This document shows positions 1-10,406 of a stretch of DNA of 64,000 bases, piece by piece. Position 1 is the first letter of the stretch. Each line of letters begins with the position of its first letter. Origin of the DNA: Vulcanimicrobiota bacterium (lineage in GTDB: Bacteria > Vulcanimicrobiota > Vulcanimicrobiia > Vulcanimicrobiales > Vulcanimicrobiaceae). A model generated the notes under the pieces. The model worked only from the letters and a program-made list of their open reading frames with translations, was not told where the DNA came from and ran no database searches. The stretch is taken from the NCBI GenBank assembly GCA_963820825.1, contig CAWGBN010000008.1:1-64000 (forward strand), read 5' to 3'. The position numbers and the translations under genes are program-made.

Positions 1-27
1 ATCGCCAAGCGAGCGGAGGCGCTAGGA

Positions 28-834
28 GTGGCGACTATCCCCGAGCGATTGGCCGGCCTTAAGAAAGCCGGCTGGCGGTTTTATGTCACCGTCTGCGCGG
101 GAATTGCGGGCGGCGGACTTCTAATTCTCGCCGTCGAGCTCCTGAGCAAATTCGGCGTGATCGGCCGCACCGCTCGCGACGTCGGACTCGTTGCCGGCGG
201 CATGCTGCTCGGGCTCGTCGCCCTTCTCCTCTACGAGATCTATTACGCCGCGCCCGAGCGAGCTCGCATCGCGCAGGAGCGCGAGGCCGAGCTTCAGCGC
301 CATCAAGAAGAACGCCGCCTCGATTTCGAGCAGTACCGGACGCTGCAGTCGGAGCTACGCGAAACGCGCTCCCGAGCCTCGAGCCTAGAGGAAAAGTTGA
401 ATCTGACCGGCGCGCTCGACCGCGATCGCGTCGGCGACGCGCTCTTGCTGGGATTCTACTTTCACCGCCGCGGCGAGCGGCTGCCGTCGCCGCCGAAACA
501 GTCGATATTCAAGACGGCGGCCGAGCGGCTCAAGCTCATCGGCGGCACGGTCACCGACGTCCGGCTCGACAAAACGGCGCTGCACGACGTCCTCGAAATT
601 GCCTACGGCCCGGTCATTTCGGAGGCCTTCGATCTCGGTTACGTGCTCAGTCACCTCGGGGAAGACGGCTTTCGCGAAGATCGGCCCGAGATGCTCGGAG
701 AGCTTGAAAAGCAACTTAGAGCACTCAAGCTCGACGCACACTCCGAAATGGTTACCGCTCTCCCGGATGAGATCTCCGGCTTGTTTAGAAGACTCGCTGG
801 ACGCGTTATGTCAATCGTACGCGGCAGCCGGTAA
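28..834 (+). CDS. hypothetical membrane protein (2 N-terminal TM helices plus coiled coil)
   Basis: 268-aa ORF; GGAG before GTG; two hydrophobic segments then E/R/Q-rich helix. Confidence 0.7.
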   Translation: MATIPERLAGLKKAGWRFYVTVCAGIAGGGLLILAVELLSKFGVIGRTARDVGLVAGGMLLGLVALLLYEIYYAAPERARIAQEREAELQRHQEERRLDFEQYRTLQSELRETRSRASSLEEKLNLTGALDRDRVGDALLLGFYFHRRGERLPSPPKQSIFKTAAERLKLIGGTVTDVRLDKTALHDVLEIAYGPVISEAFDLGYVLSHLGEDGFREDRPEMLGELEKQLRALKLDAHSEMVTALPDEISGLFRRLAGRVMSIVRGSR

Positions 835-845
835 GGGACTACGTC

Positions 846-2303
846 GTGCACTTAAAGAGAGCTCTCGTAATCGTCGCGCTTCTTTTCCTTGCGGCATGCC
901 GGGGCAATGGCGGCGTAGCCGGCTCGTCGCCGGTTATGCCTTCTGCCGATTTTCGAGCGGGCCATTCGGGCTATCCCGCGAGCAAGGGGATCGATAAGAT
1001 CCAGCACGTCGTCATCGTCATTCAAGAAAACCGCAGCTTCAACAACCTCTTCATGGGCTTTCCGGGCGCGAAGACGCAGAGCTACGGAAACGACTCAAAG
1101 CATCAAAAGATCGCACTCAAGCCGCTGCCCTTGACGCTCACTTGGGATCTCGAGCACAACTCGCAGGCGTTCTATGCCGCGTGCAACGGCAAAGGCTCGA
1201 TTCCGGGAACGAACTGCCAGATGAACGGTTTCGATAAGGAGACGTGGCAGTGTAGTCATCCCGGCTTCCCGAAGTGTCCGATAAAGTATCCGCCCTATAG
1301 CTACGTCCAACGAAGCGATATCAAGCCGTACTGGTCGATGGCCGAGCAATACGTGCTCGCCGACGAGATGTATCCTTCGAACTTCGACGACAGCAGCTAT
1401 GTCTCGCACCAGTACATCATCGCGGGCCAAGCAGCCCAGGCGACGAACTATCCAGAGCTCAACTGGGGTTGTCCGGGCGGCCCCTCGGACACGGTGCCGC
1501 GGATCAAGAAAAACCCGCCGCGCGCGAATCTCTCTTCGATCACCGACTGTTTCGATTACAACAGCCTCGCCGACGAGCTCGACAACGCAAAGGTCTCTTG
1601 GGCGTTCTATGCCGGTCCCCTTGGCTCCACAGGGCCCAGCGGCAGCACGTGCGGCATTAGCGGAGACTCCAGCACAGGCGCGTACAAAGAGACCGGCATT
1701 TGGAGTTCGTATCAGGCCATCAAGCATATTTGCTACGGCCCCGATTGGGATAACGACGTTTTCAGTGGACCGCCGCGATTTCTGACGGACATCGGAAAGG
1801 GCATGCTGCGCGACGTCACCTGGATCACACCGTATTGCCGGGATTCCGATCACCCCGGGGCGTGTAACGCAAATGGCGACGGCGGTCCCTCGTGGGTCGC
1901 CTCGGTCGTCAATGCGATCGGCACGTCGCAATTCTGGAACTCCACGGCGATCTTCGTTTTTTGGGATGACAGCGGCGGCTTCTACGACGCAGAGCCCCCC
2001 GCTTACGTCGACTACGACGGCTTCGGAATACGCGTGCCGCTGATCATCATCTCGCCGTACGCGAAAAAGGGCTTGGTCACGCACGTCCACTTCGAGCACG
2101 GCAGCATTCTGAAGTTCATCGAGGATCGATTTAACCTCAATGCCTTGACCTCAGGCGGCAGCGACGCTCGTGCGACGCCGCCGGAGAAATGCTGCTTCGA
2201 CTTCTCAAAGCCCCCGCGCAAGTTTGCGCCCATCAAGTCGAAGCTCGGTATCGATTACTTCCTGCACGAATCGGTCGACCCGCAACCCGCCGACAACGGC
2301 TAA
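846..2303 (+). CDS. phosphoesterase / phospholipase C (AcpA-like) family lipoprotein
   Basis: lipobox LAAC; IQHVVIVIQENRSF, SDHP, FWDDSGGFYD, GIRVPLIIISPY motifs. Confidence 0.9.
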   Translation: MHLKRALVIVALLFLAACRGNGGVAGSSPVMPSADFRAGHSGYPASKGIDKIQHVVIVIQENRSFNNLFMGFPGAKTQSYGNDSKHQKIALKPLPLTLTWDLEHNSQAFYAACNGKGSIPGTNCQMNGFDKETWQCSHPGFPKCPIKYPPYSYVQRSDIKPYWSMAEQYVLADEMYPSNFDDSSYVSHQYIIAGQAAQATNYPELNWGCPGGPSDTVPRIKKNPPRANLSSITDCFDYNSLADELDNAKVSWAFYAGPLGSTGPSGSTCGISGDSSTGAYKETGIWSSYQAIKHICYGPDWDNDVFSGPPRFLTDIGKGMLRDVTWITPYCRDSDHPGACNANGDGGPSWVASVVNAIGTSQFWNSTAIFVFWDDSGGFYDAEPPAYVDYDGFGIRVPLIIISPYAKKGLVTHVHFEHGSILKFIEDRFNLNALTSGGSDARATPPEKCCFDFSKPPRKFAPIKSKLGIDYFLHESVDPQPADNG

Positions 2304-2307
2304 CCAG

Positions 2308-2589
2308 CTACGATTTCGCCGCGTAGGCCATGCAGTAGCCGTGCGGCGAGATCGTCCCGTCGACGATCTTGCACGTTCCGTCCGACGAAGCGTCTTGTCC
2401 GGGGATGAAAAAGTTGCAGCCGGAGCACTGCATGCCGTTGTTCGGCGACGTCTGATAGTGCATCGACGCCTGCGAAGCCTTCGATCCGTCGGCGCGAGCC
2501 TGCACCGATAGTAGTCCCGCGAGCGCGGGCAAGACGACGATGCCGCCTAGAAAGGCTCGCCGGTTCAGTGGTCCCAGTTCCTGATTCAT
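2308..2589 (-). CDS. high-potential iron-sulfur protein (HiPIP), Tat-exported
   Basis: NRRAFLGG Tat motif; CSGCNFF...GTCKIV...ISPHGYC four-Cys pattern. Confidence 0.85.
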   Translation of the reverse strand: MNQELGPLNRRAFLGGIVVLPALAGLLSVQARADGSKASQASMHYQTSPNNGMQCSGCNFFIPGQDASSDGTCKIVDGTISPHGYCMAYAAKS

Positions 2590-2675
2590 TACGCTAGCCT
2601 CCTCGGTACGTGTGGACGATCCTACCGGCGACTCGTGAAGAAAGACTGAAGCGCCGCCGGCGGGAATCGTCCATC

Positions 2676-3927
2676 ATGCGCTTCTCGTATTTTGCCGTCC
2701 GAGCGTCGGCTCTCTGCATCGCCGCCGCAGTGCTCGCTGCCTGCGCAACGAACGCGACGCCCGCAATCGCCCCCGACGGACCCTCCAGCGCCGGCCGCTT
2801 GGCCGGAGGCGAACACGTCATCTATAGTTTCACCGGCGGTAACGACGGCGGAAACGCCGCGACCGGCCTGGCGCTCGATGCCAAAGGAAATCTCTACGGC
2901 ACCACGGTCGTCGGCGGCACCGATCTGTGCGGCGTCATCTTCAAATTCAGCGCCGAAGGGCGGCAGTTCGTGGAAGGAAACGGTTCTCTTCAACTTCGAC
3001 TGTTTCGCGACCGGCAAGAATCCGCACGGCGGCGTCACCTTCGATCCGGGTGGCAATCTCGACGGCACGACGGTCAACGGCGGTTCCGGCGGCTCGTGCG
3101 GCAGCACCGGCTGCGGAGCCCTCTTTCAGCTCGGCGCGAGCGAAAAGGTGCTGCACAGCTTCAGCGCCGGCAACGACGGCTTCGGCCCCGGAGGCGGCGT
3201 CGTCTACGATAAGAGCGGCAATATCTACGGGACGACGCCCGATGGCGGAGCGCACACGCAAGGCATCGTCTACCAAGTCTCGCCTTCGGGCCACGAGCGC
3301 ATTCTTCACGCCTTCTCCGGCGGGAAGGACGGCGGCACGGGATCGCTGGGACTCTTGCTGATCGACTCTAAAGGAACGCTCTACGGCGTAACGGAGACGG
3401 GCGGTGCGTACGGTGCCGGGACCGTATTCAAGCTCGCTCACAAGAACGGCCACTGGAGATTGACCACGCTCTACGCCTTCAAGGGCGCGCCCGATGCCGC
3501 TTCACCGTATGGCGGTCTCGTCGCCGATGCGTCGGGCAACTTCTACGGCACCACCTATTACGGCGGCACGAACGGAATCGGCACCGTGTACAAACTGGTT
3601 CGTCGCGCGAAAGGCTATCGGGAGCACGTGCTCTACAGCTTCAAAGGCGGCAGCGACGGCAGCTCCTCCACAAGCACGCTGATCTTTGGAAAATCCGGCG
3701 AGCTCTACGGCACGACGTCCGCAGGCGGCAGCTCGTGCGATTGCGGCACGATCTTTACGATCGATTCAAAGACCGGAAAAGAGAGCGTGCTTCACGCCTT
3801 CGGCGGCGCTAACGACGGCGCGTACTCCTACTACGGACTAACGCAGGATTCCAGCGGAAATCTTTACGGCACGACCGTCGCCGGCGGTACCGCGAACCAG
3901 GGCGCCATTTTCGAGTACACGCCGTAG
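2676..3927 (+). CDS. GloVer-type tandem repeat (LYGTT) beta-propeller lipoprotein, frameshifted near 2947
   Basis: signal and LAAC in the 2610 frame, remaining blades in the 2692 frame; 7 xYGTT-like repeats. Confidence 0.8.
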
Positions 3928-3973
3928 ACGCGCGGCAGCCGCGCCGAAACACGGCTGCCGCACGCCCGGCACG

Positions 3974-5122
3974 TTAGCGCTCGAGCACCTGGACGTTGTT
4001 GTCGTTGTCGTCGTTGAAGTAGATCTTCGTATTCGCTGCATCGGTGCCGGTCGCAACGATTCCAAAGAGCGCTCCCGCCGGACCCTTATCGATGTTGCGC
4101 ACGTCGAGCAGCTTTCCGGCCGCGGAGATCTCAACGAGCAGGTTCTTCCCGTCGGGATCGAGCGTATTGCCGGCCACCAGGTTACCGTTGGGAAGCAGCG
4201 CGGTGCTGATCGGACCGTTGAGCGGCTTTCCAGCGAAGACGATACGCGCGTCGGATGCCGACGGGCCCGAGAACTTCATACCGTTATCCTCGGCCTTGAT
4301 GCCGTGCTGCGGAATGCTCGATACGTCCTTGAACGCCACGATCGTGTCGTTCTTGCCGTCGGCAAAGTAGAGGGTATCGAGGCCGGCGTCGTAGGCGAGG
4401 CCCGACGGGGCGAGTGCCGTTCCCGGCTTTCCGTGATTGACCGGGAACCCGGTCGCAATGACGTCGTAGGTGAACTTCGAGCCGATGTTGATGCGGACGA
4501 TGCTCCCAGTCCCGGCATTCGTTGCGTAGAAGGCCGAACCCGAGTTGTGCAGCGCGAGCACCTGGCCCCAGGGCTGGTCAAACGGCTTACCCGAAATGTT
4601 GTCGATCAGTTTGCCCGTCGGATCGATAACGGGATTGGCGTCGGCGACCATCGACGCGGCCCAGATGGTATCGTCGACGTCGAGCGCCAACGCGTCGCAT
4701 CCCTTCAACGATTTGATCGAGGAGACGTGCGTCGGCGTAGAGCCGGGTGCAGGATGCAGCGCGACGATCGATTCTCCGGTACCCTGGACGTTCGACTTTC
4801 CATTGAAGTTACAGACGACCAAGTCGCCCTTGCTAAAGTCTCCCGCCGTGACCGGCGCGATCGTCAGCCCGTATGGATTCTGTGCGCCGTTGCGCGGATC
4901 GACCGCCGACCCGATCACGACCTGTTTGCTCAGCTTCTTCAATATCGAAGCATCGGCCGAAACGCCTGAGTCCTCGTTTTGCGCTTGCGCAACGGCAGGC
5001 GCCCGACTCCCCGCAGCCGGAGTATAACCGGCACCGCGGCATCCGCTGACTAAGAGGCCGACTGCCAAAGAAACGGACGCGATCCGCACCTCGTTTGTTC
5101 GAACCGTAAACATCGAAAGCAC
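3974..5122 (-). CDS. putative NHL/beta-propeller lipoprotein
   Basis: lipobox-like VSGC; NPYGLTIAP, PSGLAYD repeats. Confidence 0.7.
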   Translation of the reverse strand: MLSMFTVRTNEVRIASVSLAVGLLVSGCRGAGYTPAAGSRAPAVAQAQNEDSGVSADASILKKLSKQVVIGSAVDPRNGAQNPYGLTIAPVTAGDFSKGDLVVCNFNGKSNVQGTGESIVALHPAPGSTPTHVSSIKSLKGCDALALDVDDTIWAASMVADANPVIDPTGKLIDNISGKPFDQPWGQVLALHNSGSAFYATNAGTGSIVRINIGSKFTYDVIATGFPVNHGKPGTALAPSGLAYDAGLDTLYFADGKNDTIVAFKDVSSIPQHGIKAEDNGMKFSGPSASDARIVFAGKPLNGPISTALLPNGNLVAGNTLDPDGKNLLVEISAAGKLLDVRNIDKGPAGALFGIVATGTDAANTKIYFNDDNDNNVQVLER

Positions 5123-5228
5123 CTCATCAAAAGTGTAGATATGAGTTTCGGCTACGGTATGTCGAGGGCGTGAAGAAACTCTGAAGGTTCGGCCTTCACA
5201 CTTTCTTCAGACGCAGGCAATATGGTGG

Positions 5229-5591
5229 TTATTCAGTTCGCTTCTTCGGCGATGCGATGTGCTCGTGTACCAGGAGCGTCGGTTCGGCGTAGGCGACCGA
5301 GAACAAACGGTTCAAGCCAACGCTGTCGAAGGCGCGCCGAATCGGGCCGCTATTCGGAAGAACGAGAAAGATATTTCGCGGATCGCCGCCGTGGCGCATA
5401 AACTCGCGGCGAAACCGTACGAGAACGCCTATGACGAACGAGTCGATGTAGGTTGCTCGGGCGAGACTGATCACGGCGCTCTTGACGAGCGCGGGATCCG
5501 GAAGCGCCCCGGAAATTTCCCCTTTCCGCGCAACGTCGAGTTCACCGTCGAGCACGGCGTACGCGTTATCTCCGAAAACGTACGGTTTCAC
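5229..5591 (-). CDS. STAS domain protein (anti-sigma factor antagonist)
   Basis: LDGELD...ISLARATYIDS...IRRAFDSVGL STAS pattern. Confidence 0.8.
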   Translation of the reverse strand: MKPYVFGDNAYAVLDGELDVARKGEISGALPDPALVKSAVISLARATYIDSFVIGVLVRFRREFMRHGGDPRNIFLVLPNSGPIRRAFDSVGLNRLFSVAYAEPTLLVHEHIASPKKRTE

Positions 5592-5718
5592 TTCATGGGC
5601 ATAATGGTATGAATCGTTTGCCGGCTGCTGCCGTGGCTTACCATACCCCCGATGGTCGTGACTAAACCTCGGCGCGGTTTTTTCTTGCTAGCTCGCTCGC
5701 TGGTGAGGCGAGCTCGAT

Positions 5719-6405
5719 TCACGTACGCGGCAGCGTCGCCAGCCCGAACAGGCTAATCGACAGCAGTATGCCGGCGATTGCAATGATGATCGCCCGCGGT
5801 CCGGCAGCGTCGAAGCGCTGACTCAACGCCGTGAGGAAGAGGACCGTCGCGAGAAGCACGGTCGTTCGCACGTAATCGTCGGCTCGCTTGCGCAGCGTGA
5901 CGCCGCCGTCAAAGTACTTTTCGGCGAAGCTCGCCAAGTGATCGGCTGCCGACGTGTTGGCGCTCTTATATTGTGGCATGAAGATCGGCCCAGGGGGCGC
6001 CTTCGCGTTGCGGATTGGATCGAGGCGCCACCAGGCCTTGAATGCGAGCGCATACTCCGGCCTAAAGCGGCGTTCGTAAAAGGCGGCGATTCGCTCGCGG
6101 TTGCCGACCTTGGCCGCTACCCAACCATTGAAGGTAACGATATCGTACAACCGGTCCTGGCCCGCGAGCGTCGCCTTAGCCTGTGAGAGCACGGTATACC
6201 GCTCGTAGAGCGCGTAATCCGTCGTCGAGGCACCCTCCCATCGCGAGGCCTGATACCCGCTCCACGCCGTCGCGACGGCAACGATTGCCAAGACGATTGC
6301 CTCGATGAATCCCAACCAGGTGTGGCGGCTCGCGGCCGATCCGCCGTGATGGCCGTGCTTGCTCAGATCGTGCGCGAGATCGACGTTCGAGTTCGCATCC
6401 GGCAC
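5719..6405 (-). CDS. hypothetical membrane protein (DUF4337-like topology)
   Basis: GTG at 6405; EAIVLAIVAVATAWSGYQAS plus two C-terminal TM helices. Confidence 0.7.
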   Translation of the reverse strand: MPDANSNVDLAHDLSKHGHHGGSAASRHTWLGFIEAIVLAIVAVATAWSGYQASRWEGASTTDYALYERYTVLSQAKATLAGQDRLYDIVTFNGWVAAKVGNRERIAAFYERRFRPEYALAFKAWWRLDPIRNAKAPPGPIFMPQYKSANTSAADHLASFAEKYFDGGVTLRKRADDYVRTTVLLATVLFLTALSQRFDAAGPRAIIIAIAGILLSISLFGLATLPRT

Positions 6406-6410
6406 GAAGC

Positions 6411-6779
6411 TTATTGACCGCTCGTGCCGACGCCGCGAATATACGTTGAGGCTTCGTTGCCTTTTTGATCCTTCACCTGAATCTGCTCGACGTCGTGTTT
6501 GTCGCAGGTGGTCCCCTGCGGCACGACGGTCCAAGCGCCGCCGGTCGTTACCGGCGATTGCACGACCCAGCATTTTCCGGCGATCGTGTCGGCGGTAAAT
6601 TGGCCGGTATATCCGTCTTCCACCGCGAGCAGCGTAAACGACGATTTGATCGGCTCCGTCGCCGGATTCCCTTGGCTCCCGTTGGGAGTCAGCCGGATTA
6701 GGTTGGGCGTGTAGTCGTTGTGCGTACACGCGGCGAGAAGGAGCGCGGCAATGGCGGCGGGGCGGATACGGCGCAGCAC
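6411..6779 (-). CDS. small hypothetical lipoprotein
   Basis: LLAAC lipobox; beta-rich 122 aa with a Cys pair. Confidence 0.75.
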   Translation of the reverse strand: MLRRIRPAAIAALLLAACTHNDYTPNLIRLTPNGSQGNPATEPIKSSFTLLAVEDGYTGQFTADTIAGKCWVVQSPVTTGGAWTVVPQGTTCDKHDVEQIQVKDQKGNEASTYIRGVGTSGQ

Positions 6780-6867
6780 GTTGGGTCGTTGGTTTGCGCC
6801 GCCGGCTTATCCTCCACAGCCGACGTTCAGCCAGGTGCGAATCGCCGGGCGCCGGTATAACCACGCG

Positions 6868-8079
6868 ATGGCGAGGACCGGCACCGATCTACGTCCGAAT
6901 CTCTTTGCAATTTTCGTCTACGCCAACGCCGGAGTCTTCTGCGACGGCTACATCTTGAGCAGCATCGGTCTAGCGCTCGTTACCCTCACGCCGTCCTTTC
7001 GTCTCGATGCGCTCGCGACGGGTTTGCTCGGTGCGGCAACGCTCTTCGGCATTCTAATCGGCGCGCCGCTCTTCGGCCATCTCACCGATCGTCACGGGCG
7101 GCGGATCTTGATGATCGCCGATCTCTGCACGTTCGTCGTCGTGGCCGTCGCTCAAATCCTCGCGACCAACGTCACCGAGCTGATTGCGCTGCGTTTCGTG
7201 CTGGGTCTCGCAATCGGGGCCGACTATCCCATCGCAACGGCGATCATCGCCGAGTTCATGCCGCCGAGGCGTCGCGGCGCGGCGCTGAGCGGGGTCGAAG
7301 CGGTATGGTTTCTGGGAGCCGCCGTCGCCTACGTCGCCGGATACGCTCTGCTCAAGACGGGGCCCGAGAGTTGGAAGTGGATTCTCGCCAGTCCGGCAAT
7401 CTTTGCCGCGATCGGGTTACTGCTGCGCGCGACCGCGCCGGAGTCGCCGATGTGGCTGGCCGCGCGCGATGCCGGCGAACTCCATCGCGTTTCGTTTACG
7501 ACGATCTTTCACTCGTCGTTTCGCGGCCCGCTCGCCTTCATTTCGGCGATGTGGCTGCTGCAAGTCGTGCCGCTCTTTGCAATCTACACTTACGCTCCGA
7601 CGGTGCTCACGCTTCTGAAGCTCGGCGATCAAGGATCGCCGGCCGGAAGCGTCGCGATCACCGCGGCCTTCGCGCTGGGAGCCGTCGCGGCGATGCCGTT
7701 GATCGAATGGTACGGCCGCCGGCCGATCTGCGTCGTGGGATTCGCCGTCGGCGCGCTTGCATTCGGCCTGCTTCCCTTCGCCGGCGGATGGGCCGTCGTC
7801 GTCGCTTTTCTTGCATACGCCGTCGCCATGGGCGCCGCGACCGTGCTCGAGCTGGTCTATCCCGCGGAGCTGTTTCCGACTTCGATTCGTGCCTCGGCAA
7901 CCGGCTTTGCGGCGGCGGTGAGCCGCATCGGCGCGTTCGCCGGAACGTTCTTGCTTCCGATCGCGCTCGCACGTTTCGGCGTCACGGCCGTAATCTTGGG
8001 TGCCTGCGCGCTCTCAGTGATCGGCTTAGCGATATCGCTGCCCTGGGCGCCGGAGACGAAGGGGAGAGTCATCGTTTAG
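6868..8079 (+). CDS. MFS transporter (sugar/aromatic acid type)
   Basis: GHLTDRHGRR motif A; AELFPTSIRASATG; about 12 TM. Confidence 0.9.
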   Translation: MARTGTDLRPNLFAIFVYANAGVFCDGYILSSIGLALVTLTPSFRLDALATGLLGAATLFGILIGAPLFGHLTDRHGRRILMIADLCTFVVVAVAQILATNVTELIALRFVLGLAIGADYPIATAIIAEFMPPRRRGAALSGVEAVWFLGAAVAYVAGYALLKTGPESWKWILASPAIFAAIGLLLRATAPESPMWLAARDAGELHRVSFTTIFHSSFRGPLAFISAMWLLQVVPLFAIYTYAPTVLTLLKLGDQGSPAGSVAITAAFALGAVAAMPLIEWYGRRPICVVGFAVGALAFGLLPFAGGWAVVVAFLAYAVAMGAATVLELVYPAELFPTSIRASATGFAAAVSRIGAFAGTFLLPIALARFGVTAVILGACALSVIGLAISLPWAPETKGRVIV

Positions 8080-8101
8080 GAAGAACGGCCCCTTCTTCAA
8101 A

Positions 8102-9703
8102 ATGTGCGATAGCGCGCGTCGTTTCTGTGCGGTTCTGGCGCTGCTGAGCGCGCTCGCCGGTTGCGCGCGGACCGGCGCCTCGAGGAGCGGACCGCCCCAC
8201 GTGCTGCGAATCGCCTATGCCGGGGACCCCGCTTCGCTCGTCCCGTTCATCGCGATCGACCAAGAGATTCTCGCGATCGATACGCTCTTCTGCCAGACCC
8301 TCGTCGGCCTCTCCGGGAATAACCGCGACATCCCGATTCTCGTCACCCGCATTCCCTCGCGCGCAAATGGCGACGTTACGCCGGACGGCAAGCAGATCAC
8401 GTATCACCTCCGCCGCGACGTTCGGTTTGCGGACGGCGTGCCGCTGACGTCTGCCGACGTCGCGTTCACCTATCGGGCGATCTTCGATCCGCGTAATCGG
8501 GCGACGTCCGTCGTTCCATACCAGCGAATCGTCTCGCTCCGCACGCCCGACGCAAACACCGTCGTGATCCGATTGCGCGCGCCGTGGAACGCTGCCGTTC
8601 GCGTGCTCTTCGCGCAGGCGGATTACGTGTATTGCATCCTTCCCAAACACGCCTTCACCGGCACCAAAGTGGTCGGATCGCCGTGGGAGAATGCGCCCTT
8701 CGGCACCGGCCCGTTCCGGGTGAAATCGTGGCTGCGCGGCGATCAGATCGTCCTCGAGCCGAATCCTTACTATCTACCTCGGCCGAAGCTCGCGCAGATC
8801 GTCCTGCGCATCGTGCCGAACCTGAACTCGAACTTCGTCGTGCTGCGTTCTGGTGCCGTCGACGTCGGCACGCTGACGCCGGAGAACGTTGCCGAGGCCG
8901 GGCGCACCTCCGGCTTGCGCATTCTACGCTTTCCTGAAAACGCAACGCGGCTGCTCTACCTCCAGACGCAAATGGGTCCGACGCGCGACGTGCGCGTGCG
9001 CCGCGCGATCGCGCAGGCGCTCGACTATTCGGCGCTCTCCGCTGCCTGGCGAAACGAGTTCCGCCCGGCTACCTCATTCCTCGCGCCGCCGATCGTCCGG
9101 TGGAAGAGCGTGACGATTCCACCGTATGCGCACGACCCGACCGCCACCGGGCGCGAACTCGGCGCCGCCGGCTGGCGGATGAGCAACGGCCTTCGATTCA
9201 AGAACGGCGCGCCGCTCGCCGGCATCATCGGCGTCAACTCCGAAGACCCGATCAACGTCCGGATTGCAACGCTGGTGCAGTCGCAGCTCGCGGCGGCCGG
9301 CATGCAGTTTTCCATCAAGGCGAATCCGGTTCGCATCTGGTTTAGCCCCGACGGTCTCTTACGCAACGGCAAAGCCGCCATTTCAGGCGAAACCTGGGTC
9401 GGCGGCAGCGACCCCGAGCAGTCGTTGAATCTTCGTTGCGTCGAGGCCGTCAGCGGCGGAGACAATCATTCATTCTACTGCTCTCCACGCTTCGAGGCGC
9501 TCTTCGACGATCAGGCGCGCACGCCGAGCCAGGCCCAACGCGACCGCGACTTCGACGAGATGCAAGTGCTCGTCCACGACGACGTTCCGATTATTCCGCT
9601 CTATTATGAAGATCGTCTAATCGGGGTCGGCAACCGCGTCTCCGGCTATCGCATCAACATGCTCTGGCTCCCGGTCAATGCCGAAGACTGGGACGCACGC
9701 TAG
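8102..9703 (+). CDS. peptide ABC transporter substrate-binding lipoprotein (family 5)
   Basis: LAGC lipobox; TYHLRRDVRFADGVPLTSADVAFT; GTGPF. Confidence 0.9.
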   Translation: MCDSARRFCAVLALLSALAGCARTGASRSGPPHVLRIAYAGDPASLVPFIAIDQEILAIDTLFCQTLVGLSGNNRDIPILVTRIPSRANGDVTPDGKQITYHLRRDVRFADGVPLTSADVAFTYRAIFDPRNRATSVVPYQRIVSLRTPDANTVVIRLRAPWNAAVRVLFAQADYVYCILPKHAFTGTKVVGSPWENAPFGTGPFRVKSWLRGDQIVLEPNPYYLPRPKLAQIVLRIVPNLNSNFVVLRSGAVDVGTLTPENVAEAGRTSGLRILRFPENATRLLYLQTQMGPTRDVRVRRAIAQALDYSALSAAWRNEFRPATSFLAPPIVRWKSVTIPPYAHDPTATGRELGAAGWRMSNGLRFKNGAPLAGIIGVNSEDPINVRIATLVQSQLAAAGMQFSIKANPVRIWFSPDGLLRNGKAAISGETWVGGSDPEQSLNLRCVEAVSGGDNHSFYCSPRFEALFDDQARTPSQAQRDRDFDEMQVLVHDDVPIIPLYYEDRLIGVGNRVSGYRINMLWLPVNAEDWDAR

Positions 9704-9714
9704 CCAATTGGCCC

Positions 9715-9850
9715 TCTTTTGACGATTGCGGCGTAATTTAACCGGAATGAGAGCCCTGCCGGGGGCAAGATCCGAGGGCATCTCTCGCCGCCGTCAAAGA
9801 CGTCAAAGTCTCGCCGTAGCGGGCAAGTCTGCTTCTTTTTTTGGAGGAAT
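9715..9850 (+). promoter_or_regulatory. candidate structured 5' leader RNA
   Basis: nested inverted repeats TTTGACG/CGTCAAA, GCGGCG/CGCCGC, GAGAGCCCT/AGGGC-TCTC; T-run directly before GGAGG. Confidence 0.4.
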
Positions 9851-9855
9851 CTACG

Positions 9856-10401
9856 ATGCGATACACTGCATTGACAATCGGGTCCATCGTCGCCGCTCTC
9901 GCCGCGCCGCTCGCGGCTGCCGCCCAGCAGCCGCCGATGTCCGACTCGGACTACATGGCCAAGGTCGCCGCCGCCGCGCCGCCGGCAGTCGTCAAAGGCG
10001 CGACGATCGTGCGGATGCAGAACGGTTCGATGAAAACGCTCCAGACGGGATCGAACGGATTCACCTGCATGCTGGTCGGTCCGTACGATTCCATGTGCGC
10101 GGACGCTAACGCCATGCTCTGGGCACAGGCCCTATTGAAGCATGCCGCTCCGCCCGACACCACCGGCTTCGTGTATATGCTCGCCGGGGATAACGGCGCC
10201 AGCAACACCGATCCCTACGCGACCGCGGCGACTGCCGATAACCACTGGGTGAAGACGGGACCGCACGTGATGATCGTCGGCTCGGCCGCAAAGTCGATGG
10301 GGTATCCGACGGCCGCCGATGCCGATCCGACCAAGCCATACGTGATGTGGGCCGACACGCCGTACGCGCATCTGATGATCCCGGTGGCGACAGCCCCGTA
10401 G
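9856..10401 (+). CDS. secreted conserved hypothetical protein
   Basis: GGAGG RBS; signal peptide; GFTC..MCAD..YMLAGD..GPHVMI..YAHLMIP. Confidence 0.8.
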   Translation: MRYTALTIGSIVAALAAPLAAAAQQPPMSDSDYMAKVAAAAPPAVVKGATIVRMQNGSMKTLQTGSNGFTCMLVGPYDSMCADANAMLWAQALLKHAAPPDTTGFVYMLAGDNGASNTDPYATAATADNHWVKTGPHVMIVGSAAKSMGYPTAADADPTKPYVMWADTPYAHLMIPVATAP

Positions 10402-10406
10402 TAACG

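Noticed and set aside
5626..5637. TGCTGCCGTGGC resembling the secA-end att
   Set aside because: Too short, no stop codon in register and no accompanying end motifs
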